This document shows, one piece after another, positions 8,445 through 18,395 of a DNA stretch of 64,000 bases (the first letter of the stretch is position 1; each line of letters begins with the position of its first letter). The notes below the pieces were generated by a model that was not told where the DNA came from, did not search any database, and saw only the letters and a program-made list of their open reading frames with translations. The translations under genes were made by a program, and so were the position numbers. This DNA comes from Brevundimonas sp. (GTDB lineage Bacteria; Pseudomonadota; Alphaproteobacteria; Caulobacterales; Caulobacteraceae), in assembly GCA_036405055.1 (NCBI GenBank), contig DASWYI010000022.1:3967-67966 (forward strand), read 5' to 3'.

Positions 8445-9794
8445 ATGACGCAAGCTCGAAGTGCTTTGGCCTATGATGTGATCGTCCGTGGCGGCGAAGT
8501 CGCCAACCACGCCGGGCGCGGCATGGCCGATGTCGGCGTGCGCGACGGCCGCATCGTCACCATCGGCGACTTGTCGCAAGCCTCGGCGGGCGAGGTCATC
8601 GACGCCAAGGGTCTGACTGTCCTGCCCGGCGTCATCGACACCCAGGTTCACTTCCGCGAACCGGGTCTGGAGTGGAAGGAGGATCTGGAGACCGGCTCCC
8701 GCGCCGCGGCTCTGGGCGGCGTCACCGCCGTGTTCGAGATGCCGAACACCGAGCCGACCACCACCGATCCGGATACGCTCGCCGACAAGCTGGCCCGCGC
8801 CCGCGACCGCATGTGGACCGACCACGCCTTCTACGTCGGCGGCACCCATGGCAATGCGAAGTTCCTGGGTGAGCTGGAACGCCTGCCCGGCTGCTGCGGC
8901 GTCAAGGTCTTCATGGGCGCCTCGACCGGCACGCTGCTGGTGGCTGATGATGACGGCGTGCGCGAGGTTCTTCGTCATGTGAAGCGCCGCGCCACCTTCC
9001 ATTCCGAAGATGAATACCGTCTGGTCGAGCGCCGTCCGCTGGCCCGCCCCGGCGACTGGACCAGCCACCCCGAGGTCCGCGACGCCGAGAGCGCCATCAT
9101 GTCCACGCGGCGTCTGGTCAAGCTGGCCCGCGAAACCGGCGCCCGGATCCACGTGCTGCACGTGACGACGGCCGAAGAGATCGAATTCCTGTCCCACAAC
9201 AAGGATGTGGCCACCGTCGAGGTCACGCCCCAGCACCTGACCCTGACGGCGCCGGACGCCTATGAGCGGCTGAAGGGTCTGGCCCAGATGAACCCGCCGA
9301 TCCGTGACGCCGGGCATGTCGCCGGCCTGTGGCGCGGCATCGAACACGGGGTCGCCGATGTCCTAGGCTCCGACCACGCGCCGCATACGCTGGAAGAGAA
9401 GGCCCGGCCCTATCCCGCCTCGCCGTCGGGCATGCCGGGGGTCCAGACGCTGGTTCCGGTCATGCTGACCCATGTGGCCGAGGGCCGCCTGTCGCTCGAA
9501 CGCTTCATCGACCTGACCAGCCACGGCGCCCAGCGCGTCTTCGGCATCGCCGGCAAAGGCCGCATGGCCGAGGGCTATGACGCCGACCTGACCCTTGTGG
9601 ATCTGAAGGCCAGGCGCACCCTAACCCACGACGCGATGGCCAGCCGCTGCGGCTGGACCCCCTTCGACGGGATGCAGGTCACCGGCTGGCCCGTCGCCAC
9701 CGTCATCCGCGGCCGTCAGGTCATGCGCGACGATCAGCTGATCGACACGGCCCGCGGTCGCCCGGTCCGCTTCCAGGAAACGCTGAAGAGTTAG
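8445..9794 (+). CDS. pyrC: dihydroorotase (multifunctional-complex type)
   Basis: PGVIDTQVHFREPG, EMPNT, MNPPIR and GSDHAPH motifs. Confidence 0.9.
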   Translation: MTQARSALAYDVIVRGGEVANHAGRGMADVGVRDGRIVTIGDLSQASAGEVIDAKGLTVLPGVIDTQVHFREPGLEWKEDLETGSRAAALGGVTAVFEMPNTEPTTTDPDTLADKLARARDRMWTDHAFYVGGTHGNAKFLGELERLPGCCGVKVFMGASTGTLLVADDDGVREVLRHVKRRATFHSEDEYRLVERRPLARPGDWTSHPEVRDAESAIMSTRRLVKLARETGARIHVLHVTTAEEIEFLSHNKDVATVEVTPQHLTLTAPDAYERLKGLAQMNPPIRDAGHVAGLWRGIEHGVADVLGSDHAPHTLEEKARPYPASPSGMPGVQTLVPVMLTHVAEGRLSLERFIDLTSHGAQRVFGIAGKGRMAEGYDADLTLVDLKARRTLTHDAMASRCGWTPFDGMQVTGWPVATVIRGRQVMRDDQLIDTARGRPVRFQETLKS

Positions 9795-10714
9795 CGGATC
9801 AGAATGAATTCGGCGATGTCGTCAACGACACCCGGCGCCAGCGGCAGGGTGGGATCGCCATAGGTCGCGGCGTTAGCAGCACGGTCTTCCGGTGCGACCT
9901 TCAGCACGTGGTTGACCCCCTCCCAGATCACCAGATCGGCATCGGGCTGGGCGGCTTTCAACGCCTCGGCGTCAGCCACCGTGGTCTGGAAATCGGTCGA
10001 GCCCTGGCCGATGAACAGGGGACCCGGATAGAGGTTGGCCAGCACCTGCGGGTCCAGCGCGAACCACGAGATGATGTAGGGCTGCACCGACGGGCGGAAC
10101 AGGCTCTCCAGCCCCGGCACATTGTCGGTGGTCCGCCCGGCGGCCAGTTCGTCGATGGCGTGCAGCGCCTGGCTGAGCAGGGGCTCAGGCACGCCGGCCC
10201 GCAGTTGCTCGCTCAGCACCACCGGCGCCGAGCGCCCGGCGCCTGACAGGGACACCACCCCGCACACCAGATCGTTGTCCTGCGCGGCCGCCAGGGCGAT
10301 CAACGACCCCTCGCTGTGGCCGATCAGCCAGGCGCAAGGGCGTCCGGTCAGCCGCGCCGTCTCGGCGGCCCAGGCGCGGGCGTCGTCCACCAGCATGCCG
10401 AAGCGCAGCTCGCTCTCGGCCACCCCGGCCGCGAAGCTGGCCCCGATGCCGCGCTTGTCATAGCGGACTGTGGCGATGCCCTGCGCGGCCAGCCCTTCGG
10501 CCAGCAGGCGATAGCTGTTCGCCGACACGCCCATCGGGCTGTTGCCATTGCGGTCGGTCGGTCCCGATCCGGCGATTATGACGGCGGCGGCCCGCGTCTC
10601 GCCCCCGGGCGTCAGCATCGTGCCGAGGATCGGCGCCGGCTGGGCGGGCAGGGCGACGTTGGTCGAGGTCGGATCGGCCGTGGCCAGCACGGCGGCTAGG
10701 GCGAGGCTCAGCAT
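9791..10714 (-). CDS. secreted alpha/beta hydrolase
   Basis: GSGPTDRNGN, RYDKRG, GHSEG nucleophile and NHVLK motifs. Confidence 0.88.
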   Translation of the reverse strand: MLSLALAAVLATADPTSTNVALPAQPAPILGTMLTPGGETRAAAVIIAGSGPTDRNGNSPMGVSANSYRLLAEGLAAQGIATVRYDKRGIGASFAAGVAESELRFGMLVDDARAWAAETARLTGRPCAWLIGHSEGSLIALAAAQDNDLVCGVVSLSGAGRSAPVVLSEQLRAGVPEPLLSQALHAIDELAAGRTTDNVPGLESLFRPSVQPYIISWFALDPQVLANLYPGPLFIGQGSTDFQTTVADAEALKAAQPDADLVIWEGVNHVLKVAPEDRAANAATYGDPTLPLAPGVVDDIAEFILIR

Positions 10715-10741
10715 GGCGGGTTCTCCGTCAGGTCAAAAGGA

Positions 10742-11416
10742 TCAGAAAGGCTGGCGGTCGGGATCGGCGCGCCACACGCGCCAGCTCTCGAACACGGCCC
10801 AGGCGGCGGCGATCAGCACACCCGCGATCATGGCCTGATACCCCAGCGGCTGCGGCGCCAGCGGCGCGGCGGCCAGACCGGCGAGGCCCAACAGAAAGAA
10901 CAGCCGCCCGGCCAGGCGGTTCGACCGCTCCCACGCCAGCTTGCTCTTGTAGCTCCAGGGCGTGCGCACCCCGACGAAGGGATTGGCCCCGACCCGGCCG
11001 AGGAAGGCTCCGATCAGCAGGAACAGCAGGCTCATCCCCGCCATCGGCGCCGCGCCGCCCATGTCCGTGACCCCGCCCAGGGTGGACGACCCGGCGAACA
11101 GGGCGACCCCGGTCAGGGCGATCAGCACCACGGTCTGTGACATGCGCAGGCCCCGGCTCCGCGCCGGGTCTTCCGCCCGCGCCGCCGCCAGCCCCATGCC
11201 GCCCGCGATCAGCAGGTTCACGAAGCCCAGCATCAGAAAGGCGCCGCCCACCAGTTCCCGCGTGCCCCAGTCGTCAGCCTGACCGTCCGCGCCCCAGTGG
11301 ATGGGCATCAGCTCGGTCGGCCCGGCGGCGAACACCGCCACGCCGACGCCGCCCATCAGGACGCTGAGCAGCACGGTCGCCATGTCGGCGGCGGAGGCCT
11401 GTTTGCGAGTGGTCAT
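10742..11416 (-). CDS. SdpI family immunity membrane protein (DUF1648 + SdpI)
   Basis: PIHWGADGQAD and NPFVGVRTPWS…WERSNRLAG motifs; multiple TM helices. Confidence 0.88.
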   Translation of the reverse strand: MTTRKQASAADMATVLLSVLMGGVGVAVFAAGPTELMPIHWGADGQADDWGTRELVGGAFLMLGFVNLLIAGGMGLAAARAEDPARSRGLRMSQTVVLIALTGVALFAGSSTLGGVTDMGGAAPMAGMSLLFLLIGAFLGRVGANPFVGVRTPWSYKSKLAWERSNRLAGRLFFLLGLAGLAAAPLAPQPLGYQAMIAGVLIAAAWAVFESWRVWRADPDRQPF

Positions 11417-11697
11417 GACTTGTCTCCTTCATCGTCTGTGCGGGCGCCGGTCATCTGCATCAGGAAGGCGATGGCTTCCTCCACCGCCGAAATCTCGAGC
11501 CGGTAGCGGATCGAGGCGCCCTCCCGTTCGGGCGACACCAGCCCGGCCTCCTTCAGCGCATTCAGGTGGCCGGTGATCGTCGGCCAGCTCATGTCGAAGG
11601 CGGCGGCGATGTCGCCGGACGCGAGGGGGCCCTTGCGCAGCATCTCAATGATGCGGCGGCGGACCGGATGGGATAGGGCCTTGAACAGGGTGTTCAT
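11413..11697 (-). CDS. ArsR/SdpR family transcriptional repressor
   Basis: LFKALSHPVRRRII…ITGHLNALKEAGLV…REG motif; coupled to the SdpI gene. Confidence 0.9.
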   Translation of the reverse strand: MNTLFKALSHPVRRRIIEMLRKGPLASGDIAAAFDMSWPTITGHLNALKEAGLVSPEREGASIRYRLEISAVEEAIAFLMQMTGARTDDEGDKS

Positions 11698-11711
11698 AGC
11701 CAGAACGCTAA

Positions 11712-11756
11712 TTAGGAAAATCCCTAAGCACAAGCGTTATTTTGGCAAACGCCTAA
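11712..11756. promoter_or_regulatory. tandem candidate ArsR/SdpR operators
   Basis: TTAGG-N6-CCTAA (11712-11727) and TTTGG-N6-CCTAA (11741-11756) directly upstream of the repressor start. Confidence 0.55.
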
Positions 11757-11766
11757 ATGCCTTGAT

Positions 11767-12144
11767 CTAGATGGAGAAACTGACCCCGCAGCCGCAGCTG
11801 GACGCCGCGTTCGGATTGCGCACCACGAACTGCGCGCCGGACAGATCATCGACGAAGGCGATCTCCGAGCCCCTGAGGAAGGGCAGGGACACCGGGTCCA
11901 CCACCGCCGTTTGACCGTCCGCCTCGATGCGGATGTCGTCGGCGTCGCCGCCGTCCACCAGCTCGAACCGGTACTGGAACCCCGAACAGCCGCCGCCGTC
12001 GACGGCGACGCGCAGCAGCACAGGCTTGCCCTCCGCCTCGCCCAGAACCGCCAGCCGCCGGGCGGCGCTGTCGGACAGGGTCAGGCCATGCCCCGGGCGG
12101 GACGCGGTCTCGATCTGATAGGGGCTGGATTCGACGGTGCTCAC
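11767..12144 (-). CDS. erpA: A-type Fe-S cluster carrier (HesB/IscA/ErpA)
   Basis: GGGCSGFQY and NPNAASSCGCGVSF motifs. Confidence 0.9.
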   Translation of the reverse strand: MSTVESSPYQIETASRPGHGLTLSDSAARRLAVLGEAEGKPVLLRVAVDGGGCSGFQYRFELVDGGDADDIRIEADGQTAVVDPVSLPFLRGSEIAFVDDLSGAQFVVRNPNAASSCGCGVSFSI

Positions 12145-12209
12145 AGGGGTCTATATGAGGTGAGGGCGGGCGATCCGAAAGCCCCGCGCAGCATTGAAGC
12201 CGGATTGCT

Positions 12210-13394
12210 TTGAGCCAGACCGACCGCCGCCTGTCCCCTTACGCCGAAGATGTGGCCGCCAGCCGGGGCCGCCGCTTCCCCGAGGATGTCAGCCGCACCC
12301 GCACGGCCTTCGCCCGCGACCGCGACCGCATCATCCACTGCACCGCCTTTCGCCGCCTGAAGGAGAAGACCCAGGTCTTCGTGGCGCACGAGGGCGACCA
12401 CTACCGCACCCGTCTGACCCACAGCCTTGAGGTAGCCCAGATCGCGCGGTCTCTGGCCCACGCGCTGAAGCTCGACACGGACCTGGCGGAGACCGTCGCC
12501 CTGGCCCACGATCTGGGCCACCCGCCATTCGGCCATGCGGGGGAAGACGAGCTGCAGGCGCAGATGGCCGAGTACGGCGGCTTTGATCACAACGTCCAGA
12601 CCTTCCGCGTGGTGACCAAGCTGGAGGAACGCTACCCCAGCTTCGACGGCCTGAACCTCAGCTGGGAGACCGTCGAGGGCGTCATCAAGCACAACGGTCC
12701 GGTCAGCCACCGGCTGGACGAACCCGCCTGGCGCGCCATCGCTGACTACGCCCAGGGCTGGGATCTGCGCCTCGACGGCTTCGCCTCGCTAGAGGCCCAG
12801 TGCGCCGCCATCGCCGACGACATCGCCTACAACAACCACGATGTGGACGACGGGGTGCAGGCGGGCCTGTTCAGCCTCGACGACCTGGCCGAGGTTCCCC
12901 TGATCGGGCGCATCGTGCGGGAAACCCGCAAGGACTGGCCCAAGGCCGATGACCGGATGATCCGGCTGGAGGCCGTGCGCCGCATGATCGGGGCCATGGT
13001 CGCCGACGTCCTGGCTGAAACCGAGCGCCGTCTGGCCGAGGACAACATCCGGTCCAACGAGGATGTCCGCACCGCGAAACGGCCGCTGGTCGGCTTCTCC
13101 AACGACATGCTGGAGGAGCTGGGCGTACTGCGTCAGTTCCTGTTCAAGCGCATGTATCGCCACTATCGCGTCAACCGCATGCGCAGTCAGGCGCGGCGCA
13201 TCCTGGCCGAGATGTTCCAGCTGTTCATGAGCGAGCCGGGGGTCATGCCGCCGGAGTGGTCGGCCAAGGCCGAGACCCGCGATCCGGTGAAACGCGCCCG
13301 CGCCGTCTGCGACTACATCGCCGGCATGACCGACCGCTACGCCATCGAGGAGCACCGCAAGCTGTTCAGCCTCGAAGTCGCCCTCGATCTGTGA
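12210..13394 (+). CDS. dgt: deoxyguanosinetriphosphate triphosphohydrolase-like protein
   Basis: [36 protein letters not shown] and DYIAGMTD motifs. Confidence 0.95.
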   Translation: MSQTDRRLSPYAEDVAASRGRRFPEDVSRTRTAFARDRDRIIHCTAFRRLKEKTQVFVAHEGDHYRTRLTHSLEVAQIARSLAHALKLDTDLAETVALAHDLGHPPFGHAGEDELQAQMAEYGGFDHNVQTFRVVTKLEERYPSFDGLNLSWETVEGVIKHNGPVSHRLDEPAWRAIADYAQGWDLRLDGFASLEAQCAAIADDIAYNNHDVDDGVQAGLFSLDDLAEVPLIGRIVRETRKDWPKADDRMIRLEAVRRMIGAMVADVLAETERRLAEDNIRSNEDVRTAKRPLVGFSNDMLEELGVLRQFLFKRMYRHYRVNRMRSQARRILAEMFQLFMSEPGVMPPEWSAKAETRDPVKRARAVCDYIAGMTDRYAIEEHRKLFSLEVALDL

Positions 13395-13471
13395 TTCGAA
13401 TGCTGTCCCCGGCGGGGCTAGGATGACGTCCCGACGCGTCGATTCGCGCCGGACAAGTTGAAGGCGCGACC

Positions 13472-14188
13472 ATGTCCCACGAAGATCCCTATCGCCCCGA
13501 CCGCGACCGCGGCGCCTATACGCCCCCGACCGACGACGACCTGCCGTTTCGGCGTCAGGGCGGCGGACCGCGCAACGCGGGCGGGGGAGGGGGCAAGGCG
13601 CCGCCGGTGACCCTGATCGTCAGCGCGGGCGTGCTGCTGGTCCTGATCATCGCCGTGGTGCTGTTCTACCGTTCGGGCCTGCGCTCCTCGACCGACGCCC
13701 CGCCGGCTGTGGGCACCCCCGTGGGCCAGCTCAAGGTCGAGGCGCCGATCGACGCCCAGCCCATCGACCCGGCCGAGGGTGTCGACGTCTATGACCGCGG
13801 CGCCGCGACGGGCGCCGAGGCTCCCACCTTCGTGCCGCCGCCCGAGACGGTGCAGCCGCGCCCGACCACACCCGCCCCCACCACCCCGACCGCACCGGTG
13901 GTGACGCCGGCGCCGAAGGAGAAGACCGAGACGCCCGCGCCGGCGCGTCCTGTCGCCGGCGTCCAGATCGGCGCCTTCTCGACCCCCGGCATCGCCGACC
14001 GCGAATACGCCGCCATCCTCGGCCGCTATCCGCAACTGACCGGCGGCGCCTCGAAGCGGGTGCAGGAGGTGACGGCGTCCAACGGCTCGACCGTCTACCG
14101 CACCACCGTCACCGGCATCAGCGCCGAGAACGCCCGCGCCCTGTGCGGCGCCATCCGCGCCTCGGGCGGGGACTGCATCGTCCGGTGA
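13472..14188 (+). CDS. ftsN: SPOR-domain cell division protein FtsN
   Basis: Single TM, Pro-rich linker, C-terminal SPOR (VQIGAFS…LC..I…GGDCIV); dgt-SPOR-nagZ-scpAB synteny. Confidence 0.8.
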   Translation: MSHEDPYRPDRDRGAYTPPTDDDLPFRRQGGGPRNAGGGGGKAPPVTLIVSAGVLLVLIIAVVLFYRSGLRSSTDAPPAVGTPVGQLKVEAPIDAQPIDPAEGVDVYDRGAATGAEAPTFVPPPETVQPRPTTPAPTTPTAPVVTPAPKEKTETPAPARPVAGVQIGAFSTPGIADREYAAILGRYPQLTGGASKRVQEVTASNGSTVYRTTVTGISAENARALCGAIRASGGDCIVR

Positions 14189-15234
14189 CCACGGCTGCGA
14201 TCTACGGCTGCTCCGGGTTTCGGCTCACGGACGAAGAACGCGCCTTCTTCGCCGAGGAAAAGCCATGGGGTTTCATTCTGTTTCGGCGGAATGTGGATTC
14301 GCCGGATCAGCTTCGCGCCCTAACCGCCGAACTTCGCGCCAGCATCGGCAATCCCCATGCGCCGATCCTGATCGACCAAGAGGGCGGACGGGTTCAGCGC
14401 ATGGGCCCGCCGCACTGGCCCAAATACCCGCCGGGCAGCGCCTATCTGGCCGCCGTCAATGATCCGCTGGGCGCGCGAGAGCTGGTGCGGCTGGGCGCGC
14501 GGCTGATGGCGGCGGACCTGAAGGCTGTGGGAATCAATGTTGATTGCGTGCCGGTGATCGACACGCCCGTGCCCGGCGCCCACGACATCATCGGCGACCG
14601 CGCCTATAGCCGCGACCCTGCCACGGTGACGCAGCTGGGACGGGCGGCGGCCGAGGGCATGATGGCCGGCGGCGTCCTGCCGGTCATCAAGCACATGCCC
14701 GGCCATGGCCGCGCCTTCGCCGACAGTCACCACGAATTGCCGACCGTCCACGCCGATCTGGCGACGCTCGACGCCTGGGACTTCGCGCCGTTCCGCGCCC
14801 TGTCCGACATGCCGATGGCCATGACGGCGCACGTCGTCTTCGACGCCATCGATGCCAAGCGCCCGGCCACGACCTCGAAGAAGGCCATCCGCCTGATGCG
14901 TGAGAGCCTCGGCTTCGGCGGCCTCATCATGACCGACGACCTGTCGATGAAGGCGTTGTCCGGCTCATTCGCCGAGCGGGCGGCGGCGGCGCTGAAGGCC
15001 GGCTGCGACGTCGTCCTCCACTGCAACGGCGACCTCGCCGAAATGCGTCAGGTGGCGGCCGGCGTCGGCCAGCTGAAGGGCGCCTCCAAACGCCGGGCAG
15101 AGGCCGCCCTGGCCCGCATCGTCCGCGACGTCGAACCGCTCGACGAACGCGAGGCCCGCGAACGCTTCGATCGGCTGCTGTCCGGCAAGCTCGACGCGAA
15201 GAAGGGCCCGGACGTGGGGGAGGCGCAGGCATGA
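14185..15234 (+). CDS. nagZ: beta-N-acetylhexosaminidase (GH3)
   Basis: IDQEGGRVQR, KHMPGHG…DSH and TDDLSMKAL motifs; GTG start overlapping ftsN stop. Confidence 0.95.
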   Translation: MTTAAIYGCSGFRLTDEERAFFAEEKPWGFILFRRNVDSPDQLRALTAELRASIGNPHAPILIDQEGGRVQRMGPPHWPKYPPGSAYLAAVNDPLGARELVRLGARLMAADLKAVGINVDCVPVIDTPVPGAHDIIGDRAYSRDPATVTQLGRAAAEGMMAGGVLPVIKHMPGHGRAFADSHHELPTVHADLATLDAWDFAPFRALSDMPMAMTAHVVFDAIDAKRPATTSKKAIRLMRESLGFGGLIMTDDLSMKALSGSFAERAAAALKAGCDVVLHCNGDLAEMRQVAAGVGQLKGASKRRAEAALARIVRDVEPLDEREARERFDRLLSGKLDAKKGPDVGEAQA

Positions 15235-15248
15235 TGACCACCACGTCA

Positions 15249-15400
15249 TCCTTCCCCCCTCGCGGGGGAAGGTGGGCGGCGGAGCCGCTCGGATGGGGGC
15301 GCTGCCGGCCTCACGCTCCTCGTCATGGTGTCTGCTTGCTGAACCAGCACCCCCATCCGTCTCGCTTCGCGAGCCACCTTCCCCCGCGAGGGGGGAAGGA
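15249..15400. repeat. empty copy of the DUF559-type structured inverted repeat (CIR/MITE-like)
   Basis: TCCTTCCCCCCTCGCGGGGGAAGGTGG…CGGATGGGGG / CCCCCATCCG…CCACCTTCCCCCGCGAGGGGGGAAGGA; same architecture as 6159-6639. Confidence 0.88.
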
Positions 15401-15409
15401 GCAGTTTTC

Positions 15410-16231
15410 ATGACCGACGCCTTCCAGCCAAACCTCGATTTCAGCGCCGCGGAACAGGCCGATGCGCGTGAGGCCTTCGTCGTCGACCTCGAAGGTTATG
15501 AAGGCCCGCTGCACGTTCTGCTGGCGCTCGCCCGGACCCAGAAGGTCGATCTGCTGAAGCTGTCGATCACGACCCTGGCCGAACAGTATCTGGCCTTTGT
15601 GCAGGAGGCGCGGCGCCGCAACTTCTCGCTCGCCGCCGACTATCTCGTGATGGCGTCCTGGCTGGCCTATCTGAAGTCGCGGCTGCTGCTGCCGCGCACG
15701 GAGAAGGGCAAGGGCGAGGAGCCGCCGGCCGAGCAGATGGCCGCCATGCTGGCCTTCCGCCTGCAGAAGCTGGAGGCCATGCGCAAGGCGTCCGAGGCCC
15801 TGATGGCCCGGCCCCAGCTGCGCCGCGATGTCTTCACCCGGGGCGATCCGGAGGCGACGGTGATCGTGCCCTCCGACCGCATCGACGCCAGCCTGTACGA
15901 ACTGATGAGCGCCTATGTGGTGCAGCGCCGCCGCGAGGAGGCCCGTCACTACGCCCCCGGCCAGCGGGTCGAGGCCTTCGCCCTGGAGGCCGCCCGGGAC
16001 TGGCTGCGGGACATTCTGCCGCGCATGGAGGGCTGGACGCCGCTCAGCCGCATCGCCCCCGAGCGGGACGGCGACGAGGGTCCGACCCAGTCGAGCTATA
16101 CGGCCTCCACCCTGTCGGCCAGTCTGGAGCTGGTGAAGGAGGGGGCCATGGACGTGCGCCAGTCCGCCGCCTTCGCCGAGCTGTTCCTGAAACGCCGCAA
16201 CCAGGGCCAACCGCTGGAGCTGAATCCGTGA
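15410..16231 (+). CDS. scpA: segregation and condensation protein A
   Basis: EGPLHVLLAL and AADYLVMASWLAYLKSRLLLP motifs; start ATG 15410. Confidence 0.95.
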   Translation: MTDAFQPNLDFSAAEQADAREAFVVDLEGYEGPLHVLLALARTQKVDLLKLSITTLAEQYLAFVQEARRRNFSLAADYLVMASWLAYLKSRLLLPRTEKGKGEEPPAEQMAAMLAFRLQKLEAMRKASEALMARPQLRRDVFTRGDPEATVIVPSDRIDASLYELMSAYVVQRRREEARHYAPGQRVEAFALEAARDWLRDILPRMEGWTPLSRIAPERDGDEGPTQSSYTASTLSASLELVKEGAMDVRQSAAFAELFLKRRNQGQPLELNP

Positions 16232-16890
16232 GTATCCAGTTCGCCCCTGACGACGCCGAGATGGAGCGCCGGGTCGAGGCCCTGCTGTTCGCCGCCGCCG
16301 GGCCGCTGTCCGCCGCCGAGATTGCTCGCCGTCTGCCGGAAGGCGCGGATGTGGGGCAGGCCCTCGCCGGTCTGCGCGCCCGGTACGAAGGCCGCGGCGT
16401 GGAGCTGGAGATCGTCGCCGACCGCTGGCGTTTCCGCACGGCGGCGGACCTCAGCTTCATGATGACGGAAGAGCGCGAGGAGCCGCGCCGCCTGTCGAAA
16501 GCCGGCCTCGAGACCCTCGCCATCATCGCCTATCACCAGCCCTGCACCCGCGCCGAAATCGAGAGCGTGCGCGGCGTGTCCCTGTCGAAAGGGACGCTGG
16601 ATCTGCTGCTGGAGATGGGCTTTGTCCGCCTGCGCGGCCGCCGGCGCACCCCGGGCCGCCCGGTCACCTATGGCACCACCGACAAGTTCCTCGAACACTT
16701 CGGCCTCGCCAGCATCCACGACATGCCGGGCGTGGCGGAGATGAAGGCGGCAGGCTTGCTGGATCTGTCGCTGCCGGTCGGTTTCGAGGTGCCGGATCCC
16801 GGCCGCGCCGCCGACGGCGAGGAAGACCCCCTGTTCCCCGGCGACGAGGACAGCCCCGAGTTTGCCCAGGACTTCGTCGGCGAGCCCTAA
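16228..16890 (+). CDS. scpB: segregation and condensation protein B
   Basis: VEALLFAA, LETLAIIAYHQP.TRAEIE.VRGV and GRPVTYGTT..FL.HFGL motifs. Confidence 0.96.
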   Translation: MSIQFAPDDAEMERRVEALLFAAAGPLSAAEIARRLPEGADVGQALAGLRARYEGRGVELEIVADRWRFRTAADLSFMMTEEREEPRRLSKAGLETLAIIAYHQPCTRAEIESVRGVSLSKGTLDLLLEMGFVRLRGRRRTPGRPVTYGTTDKFLEHFGLASIHDMPGVAEMKAAGLLDLSLPVGFEVPDPGRAADGEEDPLFPGDEDSPEFAQDFVGEP

Positions 16891-17795
16891 GCCCCGAGGA
16901 TCCAGCCTTCTTCGCCCTCGACCCTCGCGATCAGGGCGTCGTTCGCGCCCTTCGGCGGGGCGAAGGCCTTGGCCAGATCGCCCTTGTCGTCCATCGCCGC
17001 GAAATGCTCGGCGGTGACGCGCACCTGAGCCTGATCCTTGAACTCGCCCGGCTGCGGCTTGGCGTCGAACATCGACGGCCAGACCTCGACCACCAGCGCC
17101 GACAGCGGCTCCACGTCGGCGGCGTCCAGCGCACGCCAGCCCGTGCCGAACGGCCAGACGGCGCTCGACGGCCCCATGGTCTCCAGCAGACGGCGCACGG
17201 CCGGAATGCCCACCAGCGTCTGGCCGCCCACCGCGCCCGCGCCGTGCATCTGCCACACGCTCTTGGGCTGTAGCTTGCCCTTGCGCGCTGCGTCCTCGGT
17301 GGCGCGGAACTCGGGGATGTCGGCGCCGGACCCTGCGGGCGGCTTGGTCGTGGTCAGCCAGCGCTGCGCCTGCTTGGCCGGGGCGCCCCACAGCGGCCAG
17401 GCGTTGTCGGTCATCAGCCGGTTCATCTTGGCCGCGACCTGATAGCGGTTGTTGGTGTTGTCGGCCTTGTCCACCACATTTGCCGCCACGAACTTCCACA
17501 TCGCCGACCAGGCAGGGCTGTCCTTCAGCCCCAGCCGCGCGGCGGTGCCGACAGGATAGCCCAGGTTGAAGTCGAACCCGACCAGCACCCGGTCGCCGCG
17601 CTTCCGGTGATCGGCCAGCAGGCTGTTCAGCAGCGCCTCGCCCTCTGCGCGCGTGGCGACGTTGTGCGTCTCGGAATACAGGCGGAAGCGCACGTCGCGC
17701 TTGGCCACGCCGATCCACAGCGACTGGTCGCCGAGCTTCTTGGTCTCGGCGGCGGTCCAGTCAGCGATGATGTAGGCGTCGAACAGGCGGGCCAC
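16887..17795 (-). CDS. conserved protein, DUF429/RNase H-like ('CbiG-like' in alphaproteobacterial annotations)
   Basis: IIADWTA, VGFDFNLGYP, VVEVWPS and terminal EEGWILG motifs; GTG start 17795 with AGGAG RBS. Confidence 0.7.
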   Translation of the reverse strand: MARLFDAYIIADWTAAETKKLGDQSLWIGVAKRDVRFRLYSETHNVATRAEGEALLNSLLADHRKRGDRVLVGFDFNLGYPVGTAARLGLKDSPAWSAMWKFVAANVVDKADNTNNRYQVAAKMNRLMTDNAWPLWGAPAKQAQRWLTTTKPPAGSGADIPEFRATEDAARKGKLQPKSVWQMHGAGAVGGQTLVGIPAVRRLLETMGPSSAVWPFGTGWRALDAADVEPLSALVVEVWPSMFDAKPQPGEFKDQAQVRVTAEHFAAMDDKGDLAKAFAPPKGANDALIARVEGEEGWILGA

Positions 17796-17876
17796 GGGGG
17801 CGCTCCTCAGGGGCAGGCACAGGGGATGCGGGGTTCTAGGCCTCCGCCCGCCGCGCAGCAATGACCGTTTCTGCGG

Positions 17877-18392
17877 TCACCCCTTCAGCAGGGCTTCCAG
17901 ATGCGACAACCACCGCCGCCCGAGCCTCAGCGCCTCCGCAGGCGACCCGGTCTGGGCCGCCCCCGCCGCGTTCCACAGATCCAGCTCGAATTCCGGATGC
18001 CGGGCGTCGGCGAACAGCAGCCGCAGCACAACCTGATCCGCATCGGGGGCCAGCACATCCAGCGCCTTCCTCGGTTCGCCCCGCCGGATCCGGGCCAGCA
18101 CATGGCCGTCGACGATGATCTCGCCGCCCTCGATCTCCTCGAAGGCATAGACCAGTCCGTGCGCGCCGCGGCCCCAGAGCACCGCCACCTGACCGCCGTC
18201 GAAATCCAGACCGGCGGCGCGGCCCTCGGCCGGCGACATGGCCTCGGCCTCCGGGACGACGCCCAGCGCCTTCAATAGCGCCCGACGCAGGCGGCGCTCC
18301 GGCTCCATCCACCAGGCGAGGCCCAGCGCAGCGGTGGTCAGGGCGGCGGCGCCCAGCGCGACCAGCAGGAACAGGCGCACCGCCTCACCCAT
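17877..18392 (-). CDS. conserved hypothetical membrane-anchored protein
   Basis: 171 aa, N-terminal TM, in operon with xth. Confidence 0.7.
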   Translation of the reverse strand: MGEAVRLFLLVALGAAALTTAALGLAWWMEPERRLRRALLKALGVVPEAEAMSPAEGRAAGLDFDGGQVAVLWGRGAHGLVYAFEEIEGGEIIVDGHVLARIRRGEPRKALDVLAPDADQVVLRLLFADARHPEFELDLWNAAGAAQTGSPAEALRLGRRWLSHLEALLKG

Positions 18393-18395
18393 GCG

